Source: Octopus vulgaris (taxonomy: Eukaryota). Taken from it: a DNA stretch of 64,000 nucleotides. Positions 24,902 through 39,402 of this stretch are shown piece by piece. Position numbers and translations under genes: made by a program. The number at the start of each line of letters is the position of its first letter. Position 1 is the first letter of the stretch. The stretch lies in assembly GCA_951406725.2 (NCBI GenBank), contig OX597814.1, positions 63,240,001-63,304,000 of the forward strand, given 5' to 3'. Under the pieces are notes generated by a model. That model was not told the DNA's origin. It searched no databases and saw nothing but the letters and a program-made list of their open reading frames with translations.

Positions 24902-25788
24902 TATTTCATAACAAAAGTGTTGAATAAATAATATAGGATGAATGCCTTTACTCTTGAAAACATTAAAGAACGAAATCTTTTACTAATACTAGTGGATTTG
25001 TGATGTGGACTCACGCATACTTTTTGTTCTGTATTTATGCCACGATTGTTTAATGCACTTTGGTGCTCTACTCTTGCTACATTCAGTATCTTCATGATTT
25101 ATTAGATATACACACTTTGAAAAACACGAGCAAATTGCATTTAACACCGAAACATTAGTTTCTACTTCAATTATACTGTATATAAAAATATATCATGTTG
25201 ATGATAATTTTGAGGTCACGTACATGTTTTTGACTCTTAATTAAAAATTATTGTTTTAATCTTGGCAGACAGTGCACTTTTGTGTAATTTTATTTTATGT
25301 CAGAGTAATGCTAATGAACTTTGACTCTAATTTCAATTTTAAACATAATTATTCGTGTTTTTTACTGTTTCATTTATCTCATGTATGCAATAATGAGAAG
25401 ACCTACAAAAACTAAGATTAATGTTGGAAAATTGTAATGTAACATAAGATTTCTCAGAATTTTCATACAAGCTATTGAAATATTAGAAATGGTGTTGTAT
25501 AATTTTAGTAAGAAAGAAAATAATAGTTAGAGATAGATATATTGAAAATAAACAAGAAAGGAAGAGTAATTTATAGAAGTTAATCCTCCTAGTATTTCGA
25601 TATTTTAGAGATGTTTTTTTTCTCAGGCAATTATTTTTAGATAACCCATAAACCATGCAAGACTTAAGTACTATCCTTAAAAACATGTTCAAAATAGTTG
25701 TGCTGTAAAAGATTGCTAATATGAGGATAATTGGAATACAGAAACTCACACACATATACCACACATGGAAATACATGTGTGTATAAAG

Positions 25789-25920
<132 letters not shown>

Positions 25921-28017
25921 CGGTTGAATTATATTTCATCTTTAACTTTGGAAGGTTCCCCCCAAAAAAGCGATTTCTAATAAAGATTCTTCATATTTTG
26001 CTGGTAGCTTACTTGCGTAAGTTTAAGAATATGAAAATAATACTTGTATATGGAGTATTATGAGCATTTATTGAAAGGTATCCCATAGAACACAACAAAA
26101 TTGTTAAAAATGGAGAAGAAATATAAAAATGTTAAATTCTGGCGTAACTTAAGCGTCCAGGAGCACTGAGATGCAGACTGTTGCAGGCTGGCTCCCCTAG
26201 AGCATAAGGAGTTTAAGGGCGAAACAGTTTCCTGCAGAAGCTTCCCTGAACCCTTTTTGCTGTTCAGCTCTCCCTAGAATTTCTTATTAGCTTTAGCTTT
26301 GACGGTATCAAATAGATTTATCTATTGCAATTTCGTTTAACTCATAAGAGTTTAAGTTACGCACATTGCCTTGGGCCATAAATATTTTACTACTATTTTT
26401 TCACATGCTTATATATCTTTATTGTTCATAGGATAACTTTATTGGTGATAGGACAATCTTGTACTGATGATGTCTATTAATGGAAAAGCACGCGTCGATG
26501 CCAGTCAATCTGTATCCTGTGATTTCGACCGTCTTTCCATTAGTGGCATATAGATTTCCGAGAATCATCTTTATTCTTGTTGATTTGATACCAGTTGCCA
26601 CAAAACGTATGTTCCGCGTCCTCTCGACGATAATTTCAGTATCTGAAGAATTTATTTGTATAATACTTCATAAGATTTTAATAAACACCCCACACACACA
26701 TACACGTGTGTGTGTGTGTGTGTGTGTGTAAGTTTGTGTGTGTATGTGTGTATGTATGCAAGTATGTGTGTAAATATATTTAAATCAGTAGAAACAAGTC
26801 TCAATGTACAACTCCCTGTATGATCTGAAAGTATGTTTGGATACTAGCATTGTTATAGACATTGAATGATAATTTATATCTGTTATACACAATGGTTATA
26901 TGTAATACATCAAATATGTTTGCTTCTATCTCCTTAATATCATGTTTTATTCTATGTTCAATATGTTGAATGTCAACGCCCTGGTTTATACATGTATATT
27001 TCAGTCATTAATAATACAAGTAAAAAACGAAACAGATTTTACTCATGTAAACGTTTTTATTTTTGGTCTGTATGGCTTGTGTCTTTAGACCTTTGTCTTT
27101 TTTTTTCTTTTCTTTTTATGTAGTGGTCTTTTTATCTTCCCTTCTGTTTGCCTTCAATATATATCAATATTTTCTATTCTATCTTTCGCCTCGATGCTAT
27201 TAGTGGAATATCGTCTTTAAGAGGCCTTTGGACACATTCTCGAAGCTGAAGATAACCGAATTCGTTCGTGTCACCAACCCTAGAAGACTGCTTCCTCTGA
27301 CTAAGAGAAGAAAACAACATATCAACGAGAAATTTACTTATTCATTTTTATGCATTTTTAAACTAGTTGATAATCGGCGTTTGTGGATATTGATATAACT
27401 AGGTCGATAGTAATCTCACTATATAAGCGCATAATTTGGTTCTTAATGAAATATTGAGCTAAATCTGGTATAAGCTGATTACAATAGGTTAACGAATATG
27501 CTCAATTTAGAATCTTTGCTGCATAACATTTTTCTCTGAGTGACACAATCATAAACAACTGTTATGCCGTCCGTTCCTAATAGGCAGCTTAAATCTCGGA
27601 TGTACAGTAAATATTGGGATCTGGTATGGTAAGGACGCTAATATGGCTGCCCTTTCTCCTACAGGGTAAGTAGGAAAATGATCTGCGATCTCCATGTGCT
27701 TTTTCAGAAATTTTATGAACTAAAACTGAAATTATTAACATGAAAGTAGAATTTACATTCGATTCTGTTCCTATTACCTATTATGTTCATTAAAATAAAT
27801 CACTTTCCCATACCACTTCACACTCGCTCATGCGAGCACACTACCCACTCCTTTGCATGTCTTCATTTAAACATGTACATCTTTAAACTGCATCCGTAAA
27901 TTCGTATATATAAGGCGTACGCATTTTTAAGCAGATAGAAAAATACTTAATGATATTCACACGTGCATTATATTCAAATTTTCATTTATGGTTTCAGACA
28001 TACACATAATCAGATGA

Positions 28018-28058
<41 letters not shown>

Positions 28059-28097
28059 CATATATCTTCCCCTCTCTCTCTTTACGTATACATATAC

Positions 28098-28162
<65 letters not shown>

Positions 28163-28392
28163 TTAATGTGTGTATCTGAGTTTGTCCTCCTCACCCACCA
28201 TCGCTTGACAATCGATGCTGGTGTGTTTATGTACCTATTACTTAGCGGTTCGGCACACGAACCGATAGAATAAGTTCTAGGTTTACAAAGAATGCGTCTT
28301 GGGTCGATTTCTTAGTGCTCCACATACACAAATATCTATATATACATGTATACATAAATGTATATGTGTATATATATATATATGTATATGTT

Positions 28393-28434
<42 letters not shown>

Positions 28435-28448
28435 TATCTATATATATA

Positions 28449-28877
28449 TTCTTTCTTTTATTCTTTCATTTGTTTCACTCATTTGATTGCGGCCATGCTA
28501 TAGCACCGTCTTTTAGTTGAACAAATCGACCCCAAGACTTATTCTTTGTAAGCTTAGTATCGCTCTTTTTTTCCGAACCACTAATTTACGGGGACGTAAA
28601 AACACCAGCATCGGTTGTCGAGTGATGGTATGGGGGGGGGGCAGCACAGAACACAAACTTTCAAGCATACTCACACATACACACACACACAAACACACAC
28701 ACACACCCACACACCCACACACACATATATATACGACGGGCTTCTTTCAGTTTCCGTCTACCAAATACACTCACAAGGCTTTGGTCGGCTCGAAGCTATA
28801 GTAGAAGACACTTGGCCAAAATGCTATGCAGTGGGACTGAACACGGAACCTACTTACCACACAGCCACTCCTACGCC
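28449..28877 (-). mobile_element. tRNA-head SINE family A
   Basis: Colinear with 38544-38943, with an internal (CA)n spacer. Confidence 0.85.
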
Positions 28878-28881
28878 TATG

Positions 28882-28911
<30 letters not shown>

Positions 28912-28912
<1 letters not shown>

Positions 28913-31711
28913 CCTTCTTGGCCTGGCTTGACTGACGAACATTAGGAAGGCTGTTGTCCACATCATCTGCACGCTAGTTCGTGGCTGATAAGGGCGATGT
29001 GGTATCAACATATCCGATTGCAGTGATGATAGGGGTATGATTGTTCAGGATATGATGATGCAGCTGCATTGTTTTTCATTTCTGAAGTTTGTCTTCAAGC
29101 GAGGCACTGCAAGCGATCTCAAAGGAGGAAACAACATCACTGACAGCATGATGCCAAGTGGAGCGGTCAGCTGCTCGAGTGGACCACTAACGATAATCAA
29201 TGTCACAAAGGCTAAGGAACTGTTTCAGGCAGCCGTTTTAACGTTTCCTTGGTACCTCTCTGTTGCGGGGATGATGACCTTGAGTAGACAGGGGTCCTTC
29301 GTCCTGTCAACGTGCCATGCCCAACGAAGTCGTATTTTCAGTCAAATGGCTTTCAGGCTAGTGATCTTTACTCACTCGAGTACCTCAGTGTTGGTGATGT
29401 ATTCGTTTCAGCAAATGTTGAGGATGGCACGGAGGCAGTGTTGGTGAAAACGTTCGAGGAGTCTAAGATGATAGCAATACGGGACCCAAGAGTCATAGGT
29501 GCGTCTTGGGAGTGACAGCCCTGTAGATGCTGACTTTTGTGCTGATCTTTAGATGCTTGTTGTTCCACACACGCTTGTACAGTCTGCCAAATGCTTGGTT
29601 TGCTTTTGCAGGTGTGTTGTCAATTTCTTTGTCGATCATCGCATCTGATGAGATGGTACGTCCAAGATAAGTCAACAGCTGTGCAGACTTCAGTTCTGTT
29701 TCATCAATGGTGATGTGGGCTGTATTCATCCTGAGGAAGTCGTTGGTGTAGGACGTCTGTCTTTTTCAGGTTTACTTCCATCCCGATGAGCTGGGCGGCC
29801 TCTGCAAAGCAAGCTGTGATGTGCTGCAGGGTTCTTCCTGTGTGCGCGACAAGTGTGGCATCACCTGCAAAGAGAAGGTTCTGGATCAGTTACTCTTGGG
29901 TCTTGGTGTGGGCCTATAGCCGCCGGAGGTTGAAAAGAGTGCCATCCAGACATTACCTGATGTAAACGTTTTCAGCATCGAGGTCTGCTGTGGTTTGCTT
30001 GAGCATCATCCTGAAGAATATGCTGAAGAGAGTTGGTGCCAGGACACAGCCTTGCTTCACGTCGTTGTTGGTGGGGAATGGCTCTGATATGTCACTGTTC
30101 AGGCAGACCTGTCCTGTTGGTCTTCGTGTAGTTGGATGATCATGGTTTGAATTTTGGGGAACAGCCGGGTCGGTTTAGGATCTGCCACAGCCATTTTTTC
30201 TGCTCACAGTATCAAACACCTTTGTTAGATCGACAAATGTTGCTTAAAGTTCTGTTTTGCTTCCGGCACTTTTCTTGGAGCTGCCTGAGAAAGAAAACCA
30301 TACGTGTCGTGCCTCTGTTGGCTCTGATACCACATTGGTTTCCTAGTAGCTGATTTTCGGCCGTGGACAGAACAATCCTGTTGAGGATTTAGCATGTAAG
30401 ACAGTATCCCCGTACTTCCATATCTCTGGTGGCATGCCATCGACTCCTGTTCCCTTTCTACTCTTCAACCGGCCTATGACAACTGTGGTCTCTCTTCCAG
30501 GGTTGGAGACTCATCGAGTTCCATTCTGACTGGTAATTGCTTGATGGAGAGGATTGCGTTTTCCTGGACAACTCAGTTTGCACTAAAGAGGGCCTGAAAG
30601 TATTCAGACCGGCGGTTGATGATGGATGTTTGTCTGCGAGAAGCCCCTGGCCGTCTGAGCTGCGCAGGAGACTCCGGACTTCATGTGTTGGGCAGTAAAA
30701 TGCCTTGAGAGTTTCGTAGAAGGTTGGTCCACCACTTATTCTGGACTTCACGGAGTTTGTCCTATAGGCTTGGCGAAAGGCTACTTTCTTCTCTGGTCAG
30801 GACGGTTGTGCCAGATGTGCTTGGTGGGCAGACCTTTTCTTCTTTTGCAATTCCTGGATAAGTACATCGTTTTAGTCAAACAAATCCTTGTTATTTTTCT
30901 TCGTAAGCTCAAGGATTTCTGCAGAGTTCTGTAGGCTGGCGGTTTTCAGTTGTTCCCATAGGATTTCTGGAGAGTGATCTGAGGGTTCAACTGGATTAAT
31001 CAAGCTTTGACTGTAGGCCTGGTTGGAAGATTACTTTCCCTTCGTTTAGCTGCAGAACGCTAGATTTGATTTTCTTGTTGGCCGATCCTCTCTTTTTTGG
31101 TTTTGGCTTGAAGTAGGGTTTGATTTTGCAACAGATGATGCGATGGTCATTATCATATTCTGCTGTGCGTAACGTAAGACTGGTGCACTAGAATATAGTC
31201 AAGGAAATACTAGGGATTTGACCAAGGATGCATCCAGGTTGTTTTCAGGCGCTCTTTGCTGGAAGATAGTATTGTTGATGACGAGCTGATGTTCAGTGCA
31301 GAACTCAAGCAATAGGCGTCCGTCGTCGTTGCAGTTCCCAACCCCATGATTGCTGAAGAGTCCTTTCCAGGTTCTCGAATCTCGGGCCACACTGGCGTTG
31401 AAATCTCCTAGAATTATAACCTTATCATCGACTGGGGCTCCCTGGTGGAGTCTGCACAGGTCTGAGTAGAACTCGTCCTTGTCTGCTGGGAGGGTCGGGG
31501 AGTAAACACCGAAGATCGTGACAAGCTGCTTGTTATTCAGAGGGAGGCGCATGAAGATAATGCGGTCAGAGTGACCTGCTGGTAGGGTTTCCAGCTTGGA
31601 GGCGATTGAGTTCTTTCTGATGGGAGTTTGTCTGACCAATATAGAGTGTATTCAGCTCCATGTTCTTTCAGGCTGCCTTCGTTTGGGAGCCGGACATCGC
31701 TGAGGGCTGTA
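28912..31711 (-). mobile_element. Decayed RTE/BovB-like LINE (APE endonuclease + RT)
   Basis: VYSPTL, ILGDFNASV, GVGNCNDDGRLLLEFC, VKQGCVLAPTLF, LLFAGDA, TYLGRTIS..IDKEIDN..AKANQAFGRL; many stops and frameshifts. Confidence 0.9.
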
Positions 31712-32785
31712 ATTAGAGTACATTTTAATGATGATTGTATGATTGTACTTAATTCTATTATATGGATATATTTCTCTTCCGGAAACATTAAATAACTAAA
31801 TCAATGTAGAAATGTGTAACTTATTGTGTTATGTTTGAACTTTCTGTGCATCGCTTCCTTCAATGACTCTTGGTATTCATCTTATAACTCACTTTTATTC
31901 ACCTTTACAGAATTATTTTCTACATAGTTTTAGAATCTGAAATTTGTAAGAAACACAACTTATGAAATCCAAACGAAGCATCCGCCGTGTGCTAAAAGAA
32001 AAGATCATGAGTTGTACATTTCAATTTATATAGACTGATTGCTTCTAGCTAGCGCGATATGCTAATGGCATTGATTGTCCTTAATTCTGAAAGAAAAAAT
32101 TAATATACTTGTTTTCTGGGTAATGGTAGAATTGCTTCTTGAAAGCAATTGTCATACAACTCCATAGTCAATTATATTAACCGTAGTACTTGATAAGTAA
32201 TATTTTATCAATTCAGATAGGATGGAAGTCGCCGGCGGTGGGATTTCTTTTTCCTAGTTATCCTATAACAGCAAGGGTAACTTTTATTCGCATTCCTAGA
32301 GTTCTTCTTTATGAGGCATCGTTGATACACATGTTAATACTTTTCTATTTCCTTGATTTGGGTTCTTATATCATATGGCATATCGCAAAATTTGTGTTTA
32401 ACATAATTGAGACAGACAGTAGATTGGCAGAATTACTGAAGCGTAGGATAAAACTGTTTTGCTCTATTTAGTTACACTTTGGCATAAAGTATCGTATTAG
32501 GTTACTGTCGTTTATGACCTGAGATAAATTCCCACCGAGGTCAACATTGCTTTTCATCTTTTCAGGATCGATTAAATATAGCACACGTCAAAAACTATGT
32601 TCCATATAATCCACCCTACTCCAACACTAAAAATGAATCCTTGTGTTTATATCAAAAATCAATATCCTTATGATTAGATCTAGTCGCTTTGCCTTAGTTA
32701 TATGGTCAGCCAATTTGTCAGATATATCCTAAGGGGTTTTAAAATAAGCCACTCTTTATAGCTGATTATATATCGTTTTAATCTA

Positions 32786-32788
<3 letters not shown>

Positions 32789-32872
<84 letters not shown>
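32789..32872. repeat. (TTA)n microsatellite
   Basis: Directly visible. Confidence 0.95.
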
Positions 32873-32873
<1 letters not shown>

Positions 32874-33622
32874 CATTAATGTCACTATGTGTCTGACTTG
32901 GCAGGGTTCCACAGGTTACTGCCAATTTAGAATAAGCTCTGCAAACATGGAAAATTACGATCAACTGGATTTAACCAAAAACCAGAGAGTGAGGGAGACA
33001 AATCATTTTGCTTGCATTCACTCAGTGTTACGGTTGAATGATCTGTGGAATTACACGAAATACAAATCTTTCCATGTAAGATGGATCTGGATGCAAAGCA
33101 TATCTTTGTGTAGTTCCTGGCACTTCTTTAATTATTGTTCTGATGATTCTTGCGAAAGATATAATAAGAGGCATATAAGGTCGAGAACGGGGCTTTTTCA
33201 CTTCAAGTACATCTACACGAATTTTTTGAAATATCACTCTGCACGGTTAATGTAAAATTAGATTCGATTATACTTTCTCATATCTTATAAAAAAAAATTA
33301 TAAGTATTAATGTTGCATGGTTATATAGTCTGAACTCGGTTGAAGACAGAGTATGTAATTTGAAAGTGAGGTTTAGTCATGATTCTAGCACTCCTTCATC
33401 CTGTTGAATCTCGGTTACATCACTTTATGGATCGTTATATTACATTTTTATCTATTTATCTATTTTAAATGCTTATGATCTATTCTGTGTTTGTTTGGGG
33501 GGGTTGTGTGTTTGGTGGTGTATCTTTTAGTATAAGTATAAGAATATGGAACAAATATGTGCACGAGTTCATAATATACATACATACAACATACGTACGA
33601 CATACATTCTCACAAATAGATC

Positions 33623-33784
33623 TGCAGGCGTGACTGTATAGTAAGCTACTTGCATCTCAATCACATGGCCTCAGGTTCATTCCCACTGCATAGCACCTTC
33701 GGCAAAAGTGTCTTCTACAATAGCCTCGGGCGAACCAAAGCCTTGTAAGTAAATTTGGTAGACGGTAATTGAAAGAAGCCCGTC

Positions 33785-33848
<64 letters not shown>

Positions 33849-34028
33849 ATGTGTGTGCGTCTTTGTGTCTCTGTTTGCCCCCAACCCGCTTGACAATTGG
33901 TGTTGGTGTGTTTAAGTTCGGTCAGGTTTTTAAAAAATATGTCCTGGGGTCGATTTGTTCGACTAAATCCTTTCAAGTTGGTGTCCTAGCATGGCTTCAG
34001 TAAAATAACTGAAACAAGATAAAAGATA
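33623..34028 (+). mobile_element. tRNA-head SINE family A
   Basis: GGTTCATTCCCACTGC B-box region, GGTAGACGG..GAAAGAAGCCCGTCG, internal (TA)n and the family 3' tail. Confidence 0.8.
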
Positions 34029-36302
34029 ACTGTGTGTGTGTGTATGTGTCTATGTGTGGTTTGATATGAATATGTTTCTGTCGACACGCATGTCTAATTG
34101 CATGTGTGTGTGTGTGTGTGAAAGAGAAAGAGAGAGATAGAGAGAGAGAGAGAGCGTATGCAGGAACGATGTCTATACATTTATACTGGATTTTGTTTTC
34201 CTTTATATACATTTTTCTATTTCTTATTATGTTTTGTCTATTATATTGTTTAGTAATGTTCATCACAAACATCATCATCGTCTTCATCATCATAATCAGC
34301 ACCACCAGAATCCTATGTCGGCATTACTTATGCTTATTGTTTACCTACTTTAAGCATATATTATAGTTACATCAAAACATAAAGCCACTAATATTTTGTT
34401 ATTATACGAATAGCTATTCGTAGACGCAGATTATGTCAGATTAAGAGTAGATTACTCTCGATATCTTTTATCAAGTTAAGGCGGCGTAGAAACATTTCGT
34501 AGAAGCATTGTTTTTATTGTTATTATCGGCATGATCGTTATCGTCCTCATTGCTATTTGTGGCTGCTGCTAATGTCAAAGGAATATACACGAGTGTAACA
34601 TCTTTTTCTCCTCCTCAACAGATGACATTGTGCCTGATTAGCTGTTTTGCAATATTCAACTCGGAATTCACATTTCTGCTTTCATATCAGCTCGGATTGA
34701 CTTAAACTATTTCCTTTCCAGGATCAATACAGCGGGTAACACACCTAACAATATAGTCGATAAGATCTCGGTGAACAAGATCTAAACTTGGTTTCGATTT
34801 CTATTATATCAATAATGCGACTAGAAAAGCAGTACCGGCTCATCTATGAGTTACTGTGAGGTATACAGTCTATTAGCAGATACATATATTTGAGCCTTAA
34901 CAGAGCAGATGTTTGAATAAAGTCGTTTCTTTCAGCTGCCTATCGATGGCTAAATTGTCTAATGAGTCTTTCTTTTTTAACCAGAAAGGAGCGGCTCAGA
35001 AATGCATAAAACATACAGGTGTTGAATCAATTTACAATTTCCTTTGAAAAGAAATAATTAATAATACTCATATAGTTCTCATCTCACAACGTTTATTATT
35101 CAATGTCCATCCATTGTCGATATGCGAAGTTTCAATAATACGTTAGGTTAGATACAACGAACTATGCACTTTGGTTTATGTAATATATTGCGTTGTACTG
35201 CAACAGACGGAAATCCCCAGATGTTCAAATTATCGGATACATTACCTCTTCATGTTTTGACTATTTATGTTTCGGAGTTCAATGCTCAACGAAATTGATT
35301 TACATGTTATTCTTTTGGGTTAGTTAAAATAAGTAACAAAATCACTTTGAGATCATGGCAAGCTAACACCACAGTGTGTTTATTCAGGAGGCAGAATGCT
35401 TTGTGTTTAATGGATAGGTAATCAATAGTTAGATAAAATTACTTCTAATATAGGTAAAAAGTGATCCAGGTGTAGGAGGTTAGTATACTTCAAGTAGTCC
35501 GTAGTACGTATAAAAAAGAAATAATCACAGTTTATTGGCGTTGAAATTTGTAGGTTTTTGCCATATGGAAGTTCGATAAGGTGAAAAAAGTTATTTTGTA
35601 TTTCACGGTTAACGTTTAGGGTTGCTATGAATGCGAATAAAAATCCAAATTGAGGGAATGAAGTAAGTGAAATCCAGGCTACATGTGCTTCCTAGCTAGT
35701 ACAACCTCGGAAGTAATAATTACTCCACGAGGGCTACTCCGATGATTATAAAACGAGGAGTACTCCACTAGCTACTCATCAGGCCGAAGATACCTCAATT
35801 AAATGAAGGCTACATTGCCGTCAAGAGATCCCGAGTGAACTCGCAGGAGATGTGACTTAAAATTAGGGGTGAAGCCCGAAAAACGGACTGACAAAACAAA
35901 ATAGAAAAACATGTATGAAGAAATAAAATATGGGGATGAGCAACTGTCTTAAGTTGTTAAGAATAAAGGAAAGGGGAGAGGGAAGAAGGAGAATAGCGGG
36001 AAGAGAAGGAAGAGGCGTCAGTTTTGCAGACACTGAAGCTGACTAGTGGAAGGTTGTTGTGAATGTAAGCTGGAGTCATTTAACTAAGGTATCTTTGGCC
36101 TGATGCGTAGCTATTGGATTGTCTCTGGTTGAGTAATTATGACCTTCGACGTTCTGTTCCGAGGAAACATGTAGCCTGGATTTTATCAACTCCATTCCTT
36201 CAATTTCGATATATATATATATATATATATATAATGGCGGTGCCCCAGCATGGCCACAGCTCATTAGCTGAAACTGGAAAAATCAAAAATCAAAATATAT
36301 AT

Positions 36303-36475
36303 GGTGAGAATTTACAAAGAAGCAAAAGACGAAGACGGGTGTGTAGACAACGAACAGATGTATTAGTTTAACGCTCGATACGTGAAAGAGTCTTTTACGT
36401 TTCGAGCCTATGCTCTTCAGCAGAAAGGAACACAGAAATAAACAAGGAGAGAAAAAGGTTTAGTGGCTAGCGTGT
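36303..36475 (-). mobile_element. Family H1-related copy D (HHR motif at 36392-36427)
   Basis: cttt-CTGCTGA-A-GAGC atag GCTC-GAAA-CG-TA-aaag on the minus strand. Confidence 0.65.
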
Positions 36476-36479
36476 ACCT

Positions 36480-37255
36480 CACCAAAGCAGTGATAGAAAC
36501 AAGTGAGCTCCTGGTGCCGAAGTGATAGAAGAGGAGGAACGTCAGCTCTGCAGACCCAAAAGTTTGTGCAGCTAGATGATATCTGAAAGCTACCAAGTAC
36601 ATATTCCTTACTTCCCTATGGAGGAGAGGAAGGAGAATATGGAGGTGATAAAGAAAGAACTCTGTACCGTTTACACTGAAACTAGAGAGGAGTCACTGAT
36701 GTAGAGGATCAGAAGTATAGAGAGAGCTAGTGACGGGTCTAGGTGTAAAAAAAGCTGGACGATCATGAACGAGATCACAGGGAAGAAGAGAGGGAGTTCA
36801 AGTGAGATCTAGGGAACAGGGCACGAGGATAGGAGGAGTAAATGACTGGGCCATTTTAAGACCCTACTAGAAGAGCCACCTTTAACAACCCAGATCACTG
36901 AGAAGATCAGTCAGCTGTTTGAGGAGCTGAAAATTGAGACAGGATCCTTCGACAAAGAGGAGCTTCAGAGAGCTAAGAATAAGGTCCACGAGGACAAGCC
37001 CTATGGAGAAAATGGAGTAGCACAAGAAGTGATGAAGAGGTGTGATTTTGATGATATCGTCCTGGATTTCTTATCCGGGCACTGGAAAAAGGAGTTGTCC
37101 CGAATCAGTAACATCGTCCCAGTGCCAAAGAAGTGAGATCTCTCTAACACCAACAACTACAAGGGGATCTCACTGATGTCACTCGTGGTAAAGGCATTCA
37201 ACAGGATGATACTTAACAGGATCCAGCTGGAGATGGAGAAGAAGCTCAGAGATAA
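36480..37255 (+). mobile_element. Decayed RTE-clade LINE fragment (RT N-terminal part)
   Basis: NIVPVPKK*DLSNTNNYKGISLMSLVVKAFNRMILNRI; purine-rich upstream sequence; a probable 5' part lies at ~35650-36075. Confidence 0.75.
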
Positions 37256-37584
37256 ATCCTCAAAAATCCGTCCCCATAAGCCACTATTGTTCCTGAAAGT
37301 TGTTTCTTTTTTATATTTACTACGGATTGCCTAAAGCGAACGTTCTTCCTACACCTCGATCTTTGGATCTTACATTTATATACATTTATATACATGTATA
37401 TATTTTAATACAGAATCTGGGGAATTAGAGCAAATTCTGCAAGGAATTCTTTCTGAAGCTGAAACAAATGAAGAAAATATTATTTAATAATTAGTTATAT
37501 ATAATATAAAAGCAATGGTAATACTAGATATTTTAAACCTTAACACTTAACACTTAATATATATATATACATATGTGTGTGCTG

Positions 37585-37630
<46 letters not shown>

Positions 37631-38543
37631 TTAATGTGGTGGAGTGTATGCATGTTTTTATGTATGTATGGATTTAATATTTGAGTGGATAAAATTCTAA
37701 AGAAGCCTTGTTGAGCAAACTGAAGATTAAAGGGGAAATTTGTTACCATTTTAAAGTATCAACTCATTGGATGATATGAATTTTCGCGGACTGGTGTTTA
37801 ATCTAGTATATTTCCTCTCCGCTGAAATAAAATGATGCAGTATATCTTAAGAGCATATCTCAATCAACTCTTCGTATATATTTGTAAGACACTATCAAGT
37901 AATGTCAAGATTGCATGTTGTTTTCTTCATTTTACTCCACGGTTTTATGACGAGATTTTAAGTAAACGGAACGGTGAAGTGGACTAATTTCCATTGTAAT
38001 TTAATTATGTCACAATCCTAGGGAATCACTTAAGTTGAAATCGTTGCTAAACCCCCGTTGATTGATTAGTATGATTTTCATGCTAATCTATTTACTTTTC
38101 CTGATTGGTCTTTTTTCTCTTTGATTCTATTTCAACATTTGTTGATACATGTCGATGGCCTACATTACGAACATATATTTGGTTTTGCTTTCAATAACAC
38201 GGGATTCCATAATTAATTAAATAGTAAATCAAGCTAATTAATTATAGTGTCATAATTTAGAACAGTCAGCTACGATTTGTGAGAATAAGAAGCTATAATT
38301 CTTGTAAATAATAATTAATTAATTCCACTGGCAAGAAACCAAACTATATTCAAGATGAGCTCTCGGCAATTGTAATTGGCACAATCGCCATGACTTCTAT
38401 CGTATTGTCTTCTAAAGGATGAAAGACAGTATCAAATTCCAACAAATCGGCGTTCTTCGAACGAATTTCTTCGCATTATTTGTTGTTTACATTATACGTT
38501 GTTTACTTTTTGTTTTTGTATTTACTATATATTTTTTCATATA

Positions 38544-38941
38544 TTACTCTTTACTCTTTTACTTGTTTCAGTCATTTGACTGCAGCCATGCTGGAGCGCC
38601 GCCATTTAGTCGAGCAAATCGACCCCGGGACTTATTCTTTGTAAGCCCAGTACTTATTCTATCGGTCACTTTTGCCGAACCGCTAATGGACGGGGACGTA
38701 AACACACCAGCATCGGTTGTCAAGCAATGCTAAGGGGACAAACACAGACACACACATACATATATATATATACATATATACGACAGGCTTCTTTCGGTTT
38801 CCGTCTACCAAATCCACTCACAAGGAATTGGTCGGCCCGGGTCTATAGCAGAAGACACTTGCCCAAGATGCCACGCAGTGGGACTGAACCCGGAACCATG
38901 TGGTTGGTTAGCAAGCTACTTACCACACAGCCACTTCTGCG

Positions 38942-38943
<2 letters not shown>
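38544..38943 (-). mobile_element. tRNA-head SINE family A, full length
   Basis: GGCGCAGAAGTGGCTGTGTGGTAAG (A box)...GGGTTCAGTCCC (B box)...CTTGGGCAAGTGTCTT core...short-repeat tail. Confidence 0.9.
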
Positions 38944-38969
<26 letters not shown>

Positions 38970-38980
<11 letters not shown>

Positions 38981-39402
38981 ATTCGAGACAAAACCACTAT
39001 TTTAAAACCAAACAAGGAAAGATTTAATCAATACATAAAATTTTAATATAAATTAAATAAACCGCCACTACAAATGTTTCATGTCTGCTCCGACAATCTT
39101 CAGGTGGATTTTCGATCTTCTAATCAGTATCAAATTTTGAAGTGAATTCACTTCAAAATTTGATACTGATTAGAAGATCGAAAATCCACCTGAAGATTGT
39201 CGGAGCAGACATGAAACATTTGTAGTGGCGGTTTATTTAATTTATATTAAAATTTTATGTATTGATTAAGTCTTTCCTTGTTTGGTTTTAAAATAGTGGT
39301 TTTGTCTCGAATTATATTATATAATATTTTACTATAAAATTGGATTTAACCCTAAATCTGATTTTTCCCTGTAATTTTGGATTCATTCCCTAATATTTAT
39401 TA

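Noticed and set aside
33133-33170. CTGATGA..GAAA match as a hammerhead
   Set aside because: No stem II pairing; expected by chance in AT-rich DNA
32887-33255. 122-aa ORF with HFFNYC..ERYNKRH resembling an RLE-element zinc knuckle next to (TTA)n
   Set aside because: Too degenerate to assign; probably a retroelement relic rather than a host gene
34722-34860. Plus-strand coding exon between TTTCCAG and GTATAC
   Set aside because: Stops in all three frames and a weak donor
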